Origin: an uncultured Vicinamibacteraceae bacterium
Lineage (GTDB): Bacteria > Acidobacteriota > Vicinamibacteria > Vicinamibacterales > UBA8438
DNA length: 64,000 nucleotides
Direction: 5' to 3'
Assembly: GCA_964342185.1 (NCBI GenBank)
Contig: CAYFER010000005.1
Coordinates: 18,316 to 82,315 of the forward strand
A model generated the notes under the pieces. That model ran no database searches. It saw nothing but the letters and a program-made list of their open reading frames with translations, and was not told where the DNA came from. This document shows, piece by piece, positions 47,169 through 55,649 of this stretch (positions within the stretch are counted from its first letter, which is position 1; the number at the start of each line of letters is the position of its first letter). Both the position numbers and the translations under genes were made by a program.

Positions 47169-47386
47169 ACGACACCAAAAAGACTTCTCGTCGATGCTAA
47201 CACGGTCTGATGTCTCTCTGTGTAATGCAAAGCGATCAGACAGATACTTCCTTTACAGGCGACTCACTGGTGCGATACCTGTTTTTTGGGGAATACGACG
47301 ATCCAAGTCAGGACACTATCGGGCGCGACCGAATTCGAGAGAAAAGGAAGCGCGATTCAAGGATTCTGTTGCGCTGCCACCAATCC

Positions 47387-49198
47387 TCATTGTTCCAGTC
47401 CCTGCCCTTCGGTGAGCGTCACGTAACGGTCAATCTCAACATCAGGCCACAGTTCTACTCGGCCACTCGGCCAAAACACCTGAACTGCCGGAAGTTCAGA
47501 CGACTGACCCAACCCAACCAACACCCTGGAATCGCTTGCCGAGGCGTAACTGCCATCGGACCGTACTCGCCGCCAGACCGGCGACTCTGTTGATCGAATC
47601 ACCTCAACTCGTGCACCTATGGCATATCGCGAAACTTCTTGGCGGAGGTCTAATCCGAGCCAGTGCGCACGCTGACCAACTTCATTTATGAACAGTCGAA
47701 CGGGACCACTATTGTTACTCACAACAATGTCAGTATCACCATCATTGTCGAGGTCGCCTACTGCCGCGCCGCGACTAACTTCAGACAGACTAAAGGCCGC
47801 ACCAGTCTGATTCGTCACGTCGTCGAACCGGCCGTTTCGAAGGTTTAGGAAAAGCGAGTTTTGCTCGTCGTAAGGAAAAGCTTCGCCCACACGCCCCTCA
47901 ATTGCCTCTATGGCACCGTTCACAGCTACAAGGTCAAGCCACCCGTCGTTATCGACATCTAGCCACGCCGTACCAAAACCAGTCCGCCCGAGGCTCAAAG
48001 GCCCAAGGCCCACTCGGCCACTCACGTCTGCGAATACACCTGACCCGTTATTGAGATACAAGTTATTGCCCTCAGCCGGTAAGTGGGTCATAAACAGGTC
48101 TGGATCGCCATCATTGTCGAAATCAGCAGCATCCACACCCATGCTGCCCTCTGCAGTGCCGTCACCACTTAGCGCAACACCCGAGAGCAAACCCAAGTGC
48201 GACAACGTGCCATCACCTTGATTCATCCAGAGAAGATTGTCACCACCATCATTCGCCACATAAATATCAACCCACCCGTCGGAATCAAAATCCGCCGTCG
48301 ATACCCCTAACGCCGGGCCATGATCAGTCCCAAACAAAGCCACAGACGTAACATCAACGAACTGACCGTTTCTCTGGTTTTGATACAAACGATCCGCTTG
48401 TGGTGTGTAGAGATCGGGCGTGCAGTAGTCACGACGACCGGTCAAACCAGTACAGGGTTGGTCTGCTTCAATTTGGTATTGCAGATAATTACCAACATAT
48501 AGATCCAACCAACCGTCACGGTCGTAATCAACAAACGACGCCGAAACAGCCCAACCAGGATCGTTAGTGCCACTTTCGGCTGAAATATCAATAAACGTAC
48601 CGTCACAGTTATTCCGTAGTAACTGGTTCGGTCCAAAATTCGTCAAGTAGATATCTATACAACCATCATTGTCGACATCACCGGCAGCGACCCCCATTCC
48701 GTACTCAAACGTTTCAATTCCACTCTCCTCAGTAACGTCAGTAAACCGGAGTGAAGCTGGGTCACCAGTCGTCGGGTCTAAGTCGTTGCGAAACAATCGC
48801 CCGCCAAGTTCAAAAGCAGAATCCAGCTCAACGAGTGACCGGTCCAAGCCAACCTGGTCCCCAAGCATACGTCCCTGAACCAAATACACATCGAGGTCAC
48901 CATCATTGTCGTAGTCAAGCACCCCGACACCGCCAGGAATCATCTCTGGAAAAAAGAACTCACCAGACATGCCGTTGAGGTGGGTAAACCGTAAGCCAGT
49001 TGCCTCGGCCTTTTCCGTAAACCAGCCGGGTGTGTCGTCCCCAGGAGGAACATCAGTAAGAACCGGACCACCGGTGATCGCCGACTCGCCAGACAACTCT
49101 TGAACAGACTCCCCTGCACACCCCAGACAGGACATGGCTATAGCCAGTGTGTTTGAACATAGACGCATAACTGTCTGGTTACTCATACGACCATACAT
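47387..49198 (-). CDS. CRTAC1-family protein (FG-GAP/VCBS repeats plus ASPIC/UnbV C-terminal domain)
   Basis: 603 aa. Repeated GV.A.D.DNDG..D.Y..N motifs (at least 6) and a C-terminal ...GARVEV...........R.V.S..GY.S.SD..V.VGLG, typical of ASPIC/UnbV. Confidence 0.8.
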   Translation of the reverse strand: MYGRMSNQTVMRLCSNTLAIAMSCLGCAGESVQELSGESAITGGPVLTDVPPGDDTPGWFTEKAEATGLRFTHLNGMSGEFFFPEMIPGGVGVLDYDNDGDLDVYLVQGRMLGDQVGLDRSLVELDSAFELGGRLFRNDLDPTTGDPASLRFTDVTEESGIETFEYGMGVAAGDVDNDGCIDIYLTNFGPNQLLRNNCDGTFIDISAESGTNDPGWAVSASFVDYDRDGWLDLYVGNYLQYQIEADQPCTGLTGRRDYCTPDLYTPQADRLYQNQRNGQFVDVTSVALFGTDHGPALGVSTADFDSDGWVDIYVANDGGDNLLWMNQGDGTLSHLGLLSGVALSGDGTAEGSMGVDAADFDNDGDPDLFMTHLPAEGNNLYLNNGSGVFADVSGRVGLGPLSLGRTGFGTAWLDVDNDGWLDLVAVNGAIEAIEGRVGEAFPYDEQNSLFLNLRNGRFDDVTNQTGAAFSLSEVSRGAAVGDLDNDGDTDIVVSNNSGPVRLFINEVGQRAHWLGLDLRQEVSRYAIGARVEVIRSTESPVWRRVRSDGSYASASDSRVLVGLGQSSELPAVQVFWPSGRVELWPDVEIDRYVTLTEGQGLEQ

Positions 49199-49265
49199 AC
49201 TCCACTCTGGACGACCGCCAACTGGAGACTTAACCGTCTGGCGGATGGTACCACGAGACTAGACA

Positions 49266-51278
49266 ATGCACCGAACGGGGATTGGCTCGAGGATTCTCGC
49301 TGGAGGCTTGCACCGAATTCGGTTTCATTGCAACATCATGGCCTATGCTAGTGTTGGTGACACTTCCTTAACGGCCAGAGGGAAAACCGTGGCAAAGCAA
49401 TTAGACCGAGCAGTTGCCTCCAGAAAACCGTTGGCGACAACCGCCGGCATTCTCGCCATCTGTCTGTGGGCTAATTGGGGTCTTGCTCAAGACCTATCGT
49501 CAGGCACAGTCACCTACGCCGGACAAATTGCCTCGATTCTGAACACCCACTGCGTGGTTTGTCACCGACCCAGCGCCATCGCTCCGTTCAGCCTCACAAC
49601 GTTCGACGCCGTTAAAGATCGCGCCGAGCAGATTGCCCAAGTTGTAGAGAGTGGCAACATGCCCCCGTGGAAACCTGAATCAGTCGGTGAACGCTTCCGA
49701 GGAGAACGCCGCCTACAAGAAAACGACGTTGAACTGATTCGCCGGTGGGTTGATGCTGGTGCGCCGGAAGGTAACCGACAGATAACTCCAGCATCACCGA
49801 TGTGGCCTGAAGGGTGGCACTCGGGAATCCCCGACCTCGTTGTAACGATGCCAGCGTCGTATACTCTGGCGCCAGACAGTGAGATCTATCGAAACTTTGT
49901 GATTCCGATTCCAGTTGAAGAACGACGTTTCGTTGCCGCAATCGAACTAAAACCTTCTACAACCCAAGGAATCCATCACGCCCGATTAATGATCGACTCA
50001 ACCGGCAGCGCGCGACGGCAAGACAATGCCGACGACTTAGTCGGATATGACGAACCGTCCACCGACGGCACAGAGTTCCCAGACGGCCACTTTCTAGGTT
50101 GGGCGCCAGGCACACTAGCGGGCAATGCTCCAGAGGAGTTGGCCTGGCTACTCGAGCCCGGCACCGACTTAGTAGTTAAGACACACCTTGTGTCGCGTAA
50201 CACACCGGTAAACCTCCAACTGTCTGTCGGTCTCTTCTTCACTGACAAACCACCAACCGTCACGCCCGCCATCGTCCAACTTGGATCACAAACAATTGAT
50301 GTTCCAGCTGGAGACCCCACTCACGTGGTCGAAGACACCTATCAATTACCTGTTGACGTCGACTTGCTTGCTATTTACCCGCACGCTCATTTTCTAGCCA
50401 AGCAAATCCGAGCATCAGCACGATTACCCAATGGCACTGTTCTCCAACTAATTCGAATCGACGACTGGGATTTTAATTGGCAAGACGAATACCGATACAC
50501 CGAAAACATCCGCTTACCAGCAGGAACGACGATTCGTATGCGATATGTTTTTGACAACTCCACGAACAATCGCAGAAACCCGCACAATCCTCCAAAACGC
50601 GTGCGTTTTGGTCCCCGGTCTACTGACGAAATGGCCGAACTGACATTACAGGTAGTTCCGGTGAGGTCTACGGACCGAACCATGCTGGTCCAAGACGTCT
50701 GGCGAAAGGTCTCTGAGATCATACTAGCGGGAGCACAAAAGAAGCTGACTGATAATCCCAGCAGCGAAAACCACGAAAGCTTCGCAACTAGTCTCGCAGC
50801 GGTGGGACGAATCGACGACGCGGTCAGACATCTGGAAGAAGCTGCTCGCCTGGATCCGGCTAGACCGACCGTATATTACCGATTGGGAACTGCTTTAGCG
50901 CTGCAAGACAAACAAAATGAAGCGATGTACTACTACCAACGCGCCCTCAACCTAGACCCAAATTTCGTTGAGGCCAACAACAATTTAGGCAGCCTGTTTC
51001 ACTTAGCTGGAAACCTTGATGAAGCCAGCCGATATTATCGCCGCACTCTCGATCTAGACCCTGACCACAGTGGTGCCCATTTCAATCTAGGAAATATCTT
51101 CTTAGCTCGTCGACAATTTTCGGATGCCGAGTTGGAATTCAGAAAAACTCTCGAGCTAAGGCCAGACTTTGGCGACGCGTTCGAGGGTCTTGGTCAGGCT
51201 CTAGCCGAACAGGGAAAACAGACGGAAGCGCAGGAAGCCCTCAATCGAGCACGAGAACTCGAATTGAAAAACCGCTAA
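49266..51278 (+). CDS. tripartite secreted/anchored protein: c-type haem domain (CxxCH), a PHM/DBH-like type II copper monooxygenase domain, and C-terminal TPR repeats
   Basis: 670 aa. Hydrophobic anchor PLATTAGILAICLWANWGLA; HCVVCHRP...GNMPPW (planctomycete-type cytochrome c motif). Copper ligand pattern GIHHARL ... VVKTHLV ... IYPHAHFLAK ... STDEMAEL, collinear with peptidylglycine alpha-hydroxylating monooxygenase. Four or more TPRs at the C-terminus. Confidence 0.7.
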   Translation: MHRTGIGSRILAGGLHRIRFHCNIMAYASVGDTSLTARGKTVAKQLDRAVASRKPLATTAGILAICLWANWGLAQDLSSGTVTYAGQIASILNTHCVVCHRPSAIAPFSLTTFDAVKDRAEQIAQVVESGNMPPWKPESVGERFRGERRLQENDVELIRRWVDAGAPEGNRQITPASPMWPEGWHSGIPDLVVTMPASYTLAPDSEIYRNFVIPIPVEERRFVAAIELKPSTTQGIHHARLMIDSTGSARRQDNADDLVGYDEPSTDGTEFPDGHFLGWAPGTLAGNAPEELAWLLEPGTDLVVKTHLVSRNTPVNLQLSVGLFFTDKPPTVTPAIVQLGSQTIDVPAGDPTHVVEDTYQLPVDVDLLAIYPHAHFLAKQIRASARLPNGTVLQLIRIDDWDFNWQDEYRYTENIRLPAGTTIRMRYVFDNSTNNRRNPHNPPKRVRFGPRSTDEMAELTLQVVPVRSTDRTMLVQDVWRKVSEIILAGAQKKLTDNPSSENHESFATSLAAVGRIDDAVRHLEEAARLDPARPTVYYRLGTALALQDKQNEAMYYYQRALNLDPNFVEANNNLGSLFHLAGNLDEASRYYRRTLDLDPDHSGAHFNLGNIFLARRQFSDAELEFRKTLELRPDFGDAFEGLGQALAEQGKQTEAQEALNRARELELKNR

Positions 51279-51290
51279 GCCTCAAACCTA

Positions 51291-51998
51291 CTAAAACACT
51301 TGAAACAAAATTGGCCACCACGGCTGAGCCCGAAGGTAGGGCAGTAACACGCCGAGTAAGGGAAGCCATACCCATCTCGATGCACGTGCACACTCAAGTC
51401 TAAGGCGATGAATGTCTATCGTAAGGTTAGCAGGCGTCTCAAAACGCTGGGCCGACGGCCAATAGCGGGGCACGGTATCGAGATAGACTTGGTATTCGTC
51501 TCCATGCCTTACCCTGAGAAATTCTTCTTCTGCGGGCACAGTGGTGAGCATGTAAATGAACGTCACAATCAGTACAGCCATGACGCACAGCAAGCTCTGC
51601 AAAAACAGAGCTGCAGCCAACGCTAACAAAAAAGATCCTAAGTAAAGCGGGTTGCGGCAGATGGAGTAGGGGCCATCCGTGACCAGAATCTTTTCTTTCC
51701 TACCGCCGATATACAGAGTTGCCCAGAACCGAAATATAGTACCGGCAACAAACGTCACCCACGCCATTACCTCAATTACTCCAGCAAGCCATGACCCTTC
51801 TGATACAAAGGGCGTTGAGAATAGCATCACTACCAAGGACGGTAGCAACACCAAGGCTGCGACGATACCGCGCCATCTAAACCGCCGCTGATTTGACACC
51901 GTATCCGTGGTCAGCGGAGGTGCGATGTGTCCAAAATCATGAGTTTGAGAAATGTTTGACGAAGACAACACTCTAGAATCCACAAAAATGGCCTTCAC
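51291..51998 (-). CDS. isoprenylcysteine carboxyl methyltransferase (ICMT)/phospholipid methyltransferase-like membrane methyltransferase
   Basis: 235 aa, 4-5 TM. Contains ...LVTDGPYSICRNPLYLGSFLLALA... and ...AEEEFL...G..Y..Y, typical of the ICMT/PEMT superfamily. Confidence 0.65.
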   Translation of the reverse strand: MKAIFVDSRVLSSSNISQTHDFGHIAPPLTTDTVSNQRRFRWRGIVAALVLLPSLVVMLFSTPFVSEGSWLAGVIEVMAWVTFVAGTIFRFWATLYIGGRKEKILVTDGPYSICRNPLYLGSFLLALAAALFLQSLLCVMAVLIVTFIYMLTTVPAEEEFLRVRHGDEYQVYLDTVPRYWPSAQRFETPANLTIDIHRLRLECARASRWVWLPLLGVLLPYLRAQPWWPILFQVF

Positions 51999-52278
51999 TA
52001 AAACGTTTATTCCCGCGGTATTTATCTACTACCCCTGTCCTAGGCCAGTCGACGACAGCACCACTTTTCCTCGTACTCTCAACACTTGATTCTAGCCGAG
52101 ATTGCCGAGTGCCTGTAGTTTTTCTCACGAATGAAGGTGTTATCAATAACTCAGTCTATGGAGCTAAATCAGCCTAATCAAGTCAAATTAGACATTTAGA
52201 AGGAGTAGACTGATGGCCATAGATATTCTCCAAATGGTTCGAGTCAGACGGTTGAAAGAAAAACACAGGAGGCACCAT

Positions 52279-53199
52279 ATGAAACGGCGCATCGTTCTTG
52301 CCTTGTTACTAGGTGTGGGCACACTGTGCCTGTCGGTCGTCGGAGCACAAGAATCGGCCAAAGTCATCGAAGTTGAACAACTGAGAGAGAACTTGTTCGT
52401 GTTCAGAGGAGAGGGCGGTGGGGGAAACGTTGCCGTTTTCGTCACAACAGGCGGGGTAGTCGTTGTCGATTCAAAAAATCCTGGCTGGGGCCAACCCATT
52501 CTTGACGAAATCAAAACATTGACGCCCAACCCAGTCACGACCGTCATCAATACCCACAGTCACGCTGATCACGTCAGTGGGAACGCTGCGTTTTCAAACA
52601 CGGTCGAATTTGTAGCGCATGAAGTCACAAAAGCCAATATGGAAGCAATGAGACCGTATACGGGTCGCACTGAACCACCCGTGAATGTGTTTGAAGAGAC
52701 GAACGACCAAGGACTTCCTACTCGAACTTTCACCGATCGAATGTCACTCGGTGCCGGTCGCGACCAAATTGACTTATATTACTTTGGACGTGCCCACACA
52801 GGGGGTGATACCTGGGTGGTCTTTCCGGCCCTCCGGACGCTGCATGCCGGCGACGCCTTCTTGGGTAAACGCGTACCGTTTCTCGATGCGGCTAACGGTG
52901 GCAGCGGAGTGGATATCCCTGACACGCTACAAAAAGCGCACGACACAATCGAAAACGTCGACACCATCATCACCGGCCACAGCACCCAAGCGACGTGGGA
53001 AGATCTTAACGAGTGGGCGGCTTTTAATCGCGACTTCTTAGAAATGGTACGGGTAGGGCGAACTACGGGAAAGACAGTCGATGAAATCGCTAGTAGTTGG
53101 GTCAAGCCAAGTCGGTACGCCGACTACGACTCTTCAAATGCGGGCAGCATCAGACGAAACATTCAAGTTATTGTTGAAGAACTTGAGCGACTAAATTAA
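52279..53199 (+). CDS. secreted MBL-fold metallo-hydrolase (copy B)
   Basis: The start is moved to ATG 52279, with AGGAGG 6 nt upstream. Signal peptide MKRRIVLALLLGVGTLCLSVVGAQE, then INTHSHADHVSGN, GRAHTGGDTWVVFP and TIITGHST. Confidence 0.8.
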   Translation: MKRRIVLALLLGVGTLCLSVVGAQESAKVIEVEQLRENLFVFRGEGGGGNVAVFVTTGGVVVVDSKNPGWGQPILDEIKTLTPNPVTTVINTHSHADHVSGNAAFSNTVEFVAHEVTKANMEAMRPYTGRTEPPVNVFEETNDQGLPTRTFTDRMSLGAGRDQIDLYYFGRAHTGGDTWVVFPALRTLHAGDAFLGKRVPFLDAANGGSGVDIPDTLQKAHDTIENVDTIITGHSTQATWEDLNEWAAFNRDFLEMVRVGRTTGKTVDEIASSWVKPSRYADYDSSNAGSIRRNIQVIVEELERLN

Positions 53200-53369
53200 C
53201 TGAAGCAACGCGAGCCGTTAGTTCTTACGGGCACACTGACCGAACGAACTGAATCGGCAATTCAAGAAGAATAATCGTGGTTTTCTTTTAGTGAACCACC
53301 GGTAGGCTCTCAACTGGCCTGACCGTCATTCGTCGATTTAATTCGCGATGGCCGATTGCTTGCTGTGAC

Positions 53370-54500
53370 TCATCGGTCAACAAATGGCGGGCCGATTATG
53401 AGCGCCGGGTCCGCACCCATCTTGGGCACGAATTTTTGTGTGCGGCCATGCTGGTTGTCCCCACCATATAAGTTCCCCTCAGAATCTACCGATATGGTGT
53501 GCACCTCTAAGTATCCAGTCGGCCCTTCGGTCGACACATTCCAGGTGTACAAACGATTTCCTGAAAAATCAAGTTTTACTAACTTGAGGGGACCCAGATC
53601 AGACACCCAAACATGCTCGTCGTTCACAATGATGTCAAGCGGAAGACCAAATCCAGACCAAACATCAATATGATCGATTTCCGGGTGGTACTCTCCGGAT
53701 GCTTCACTCATCAGTCTGAACACTTGAACACGACCATTTGCCCGATCCAAAGCAAAAATTAGGCCGTCAGGACCGATGGCTAACGCATGTATGCCATTAA
53801 ACTGCCCTGGTCCTTCTCCGAATTCACCGAATTCTGACAGATAGTTACCTTGACCATCCAAAATCACCACACGGTGATTATCAAGACCATCCGCGACCAA
53901 CACTCTACCGTCAGGCAGAAACGCCACGTCCTGCGGACGACCAAAATGAGTCTGGTCACTGCCACCTACATTTTTCTCACCTAACGTCATGAGCAGCTGA
54001 CTGCCGTCATTAGAGAACACAAAAATTTGATGCCTTGTTTCATTGACAACCCATACTCGCCGGTCTGGATCGTAGGGACTAATTCGAACCCTGTGAGGAC
54101 CGGGTCCCCCCTCCCCGCTGTCACACAAGTGGTCCCACTGATCCCACACCTCAAGCACATTGCCATCTCCGTCAACCACCATCAGGCAGTTCTGCCATGT
54201 TCGAAATTCAGTATCACTCAACACGTTAATACCAATCGACCCCGCATATCCGGCAAACTCGGGTGGAATTGGGTTCGGCAGTCTTGTCTCTCCGCGTTGT
54301 GAGATAAATATCCGGTCGGGAGACTCCGCAAACACACCAGAATTTCCGCCAAATGCAAAACCCTCTTCGGCAAAGGGCTTGTGCCAATCGGCGACGACAT
54401 CATACGGACTCGGCCCGATTGGTCCCAAGTCTTGACTTGAAAGCCAGTCGATCGACAAAACTATGAACGCTAGAATGGTTAAAACTTGTAAATTTCGCAT
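53370..54500 (-). CDS. secreted NHL-repeat six-bladed beta-propeller, peptidyl-alpha-hydroxyglycine alpha-amidating lyase (PAL)-like
   Basis: 376 aa with a signal peptide. GPHRVRISPYDPDRRVWVVNETRHQIFVF and GGSDQTHFGRPQDVAFLPDGRVLVADGLDNHRVVILDGQGNYLSEFGE...FNGIHALAIGPDGLIFALDRANGRVQVF closely parallel the PAL segments as I recall them: PHGLSID...WVTDVALHQVFK, GSDQNHFCQPTDVAV...VSDGYCNSRIVQF and FSVPHSLAL...VADRENGRIQCF. Confidence 0.7.
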   Translation of the reverse strand: MRNLQVLTILAFIVLSIDWLSSQDLGPIGPSPYDVVADWHKPFAEEGFAFGGNSGVFAESPDRIFISQRGETRLPNPIPPEFAGYAGSIGINVLSDTEFRTWQNCLMVVDGDGNVLEVWDQWDHLCDSGEGGPGPHRVRISPYDPDRRVWVVNETRHQIFVFSNDGSQLLMTLGEKNVGGSDQTHFGRPQDVAFLPDGRVLVADGLDNHRVVILDGQGNYLSEFGEFGEGPGQFNGIHALAIGPDGLIFALDRANGRVQVFRLMSEASGEYHPEIDHIDVWSGFGLPLDIIVNDEHVWVSDLGPLKLVKLDFSGNRLYTWNVSTEGPTGYLEVHTISVDSEGNLYGGDNQHGRTQKFVPKMGADPALIIGPPFVDR

Positions 54501-54623
54501 ACGGACACAATCTTACAATGGCGGAGCGACAACTCAGTAGTGGACCGGAGGCTGATTTATTCTTATTTTCATGAAAGTGTACGGCAGAGGATAGTGTGTC
54601 CTCCGTAACGACCTAGACACCGT

Positions 54624-55387
54624 GTGGGACACAACACCACTTTCAACCTCTTTGTTTGGATGGGTGGCAGGATGCTTTTGAAGAGCCTTACGTTTTGCCG
54701 GATAACACGGCGACTTGGAATGGTCGTGGCATTGCTCGCGATTGTGATGACGCCGCCGGGATTGGTAGCACAGGGGTCATATAGGTCGGGCCAGCCGGTT
54801 TATACCGCGTACTAAGGATGGGAAATAGACGAAGATGGTTCCCGTTACTTCGTATTCGGCTATATGAACGAAAATTGGGAGGAAGAAACTAATGTCCCGG
54901 TCGGCCCAGATAATTTCGTAATGGCCGTCCAAGCCGGTCAAGAGGTTGGCACGTTCGACCAGGAGACGGCTGACCAAGGACAGCCGACCCGGTTCCTGCC
55001 GAGACTCAATCGATTCGTGTTTCGAGTTCCAGTACCGGAGGGTTATGGACTCGACGATGAGATGGCCTGGAGTCTGACAACCCGCTCTGGCGAAGACCAT
55101 CGCAAACAACACCTGGTAGCGCCCGGGGGTTGAGATTCTCTTGGTATGTCTACCGCGGGGCAGGGAAAGTGACGTTCGATCCACTCCAGACCAAAGTCTG
55201 GGAGGACAGTCGAGCACACGCCAATTCGCCGTGGGCCAATTTCTGGGAAACGCCCCCGTTGCTAGAGGACGACACATGGCGGGTAAACGCTATCTTTCAC
55301 GAGCCCGGAACCTACGTCCTACGGGCCCTCGCGTCCGACAGCGCTTTGAACGTCGACTCGGTTATTGTAGTCACCGTCACTCCTTGA
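54624..55387 (+). pseudogene. disrupted gene for a secreted hypothetical protein (in-frame TAA at 54813-54815 plus a frameshift near 55120-55135)
   Basis: Track ORFs 54624..54815 and 54864..55133 share one frame and read ...GQPVYTAY-TAA-GWEIDEDGSRYFVFGYMNENWEEE.... The third piece (55130..55387, ...RFSWYVYRGAGKVTFDP...) continues in another frame after a CCCGGGGG run. Confidence 0.5.
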
Positions 55388-55460
55388 GTAACCGTGGACT
55401 AGAAACGAGCATCCGCAGTCACAATACTGGATAAAATCATGACAGCAACAGGAAAGACGC

Positions 55461-55493
55461 CTCTGAACAACATTAGAGACACCTTGTTCAGAG
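55461..55493. terminator. perfect 10-bp inverted repeat hairpin between the pseudogene end and tRNA-Arg (possible bidirectional terminator)
   Basis: CTCTGAACAA, a 13-nt loop, then TTGTTCAGAG. It lies 36 nt downstream of the tRNA-Arg 3' end on the minus strand, where it is followed by GCGTCTTTCC. There is no strong U-tract. Confidence 0.35.
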
Positions 55494-55528
55494 CTAAACA
55501 GGCTATTCCCGTAATTGATTAAAAAGAA

Positions 55529-55605
55529 TGGCGCGCCCTGCAGGACTCGAACCTGCGGCCTCCTGGTTCGTAGCCAGACGCTCTATCCAGCTGAGCTAAG
55601 GGCGC
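55529..55605 (-). tRNA. tRNA-Arg (ACG), CCA encoded
   Basis: Minus strand GCGCCCTTAGCTCAGCTGGATAGAGCGTCTGGCTACGAACCAGGAGGCCGCAGGTTCGAGTCCTGCAGGGCGCGCCA. Anticodon loop CTACGAA. Confidence 0.9.
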
Positions 55606-55649
55606 ACGGTCACCGTTACTTCACGGCGAGTAGGGAGAACAGAATTATA

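Noticed and set aside
54777-55277. 166-aa minus-strand ORF across the disrupted locus
   Set aside because: It has no recognisable features or ribosome-binding site. The plus strand carries three collinear fragments of one recognisable secreted protein, so the antisense ORF is probably a by-product.
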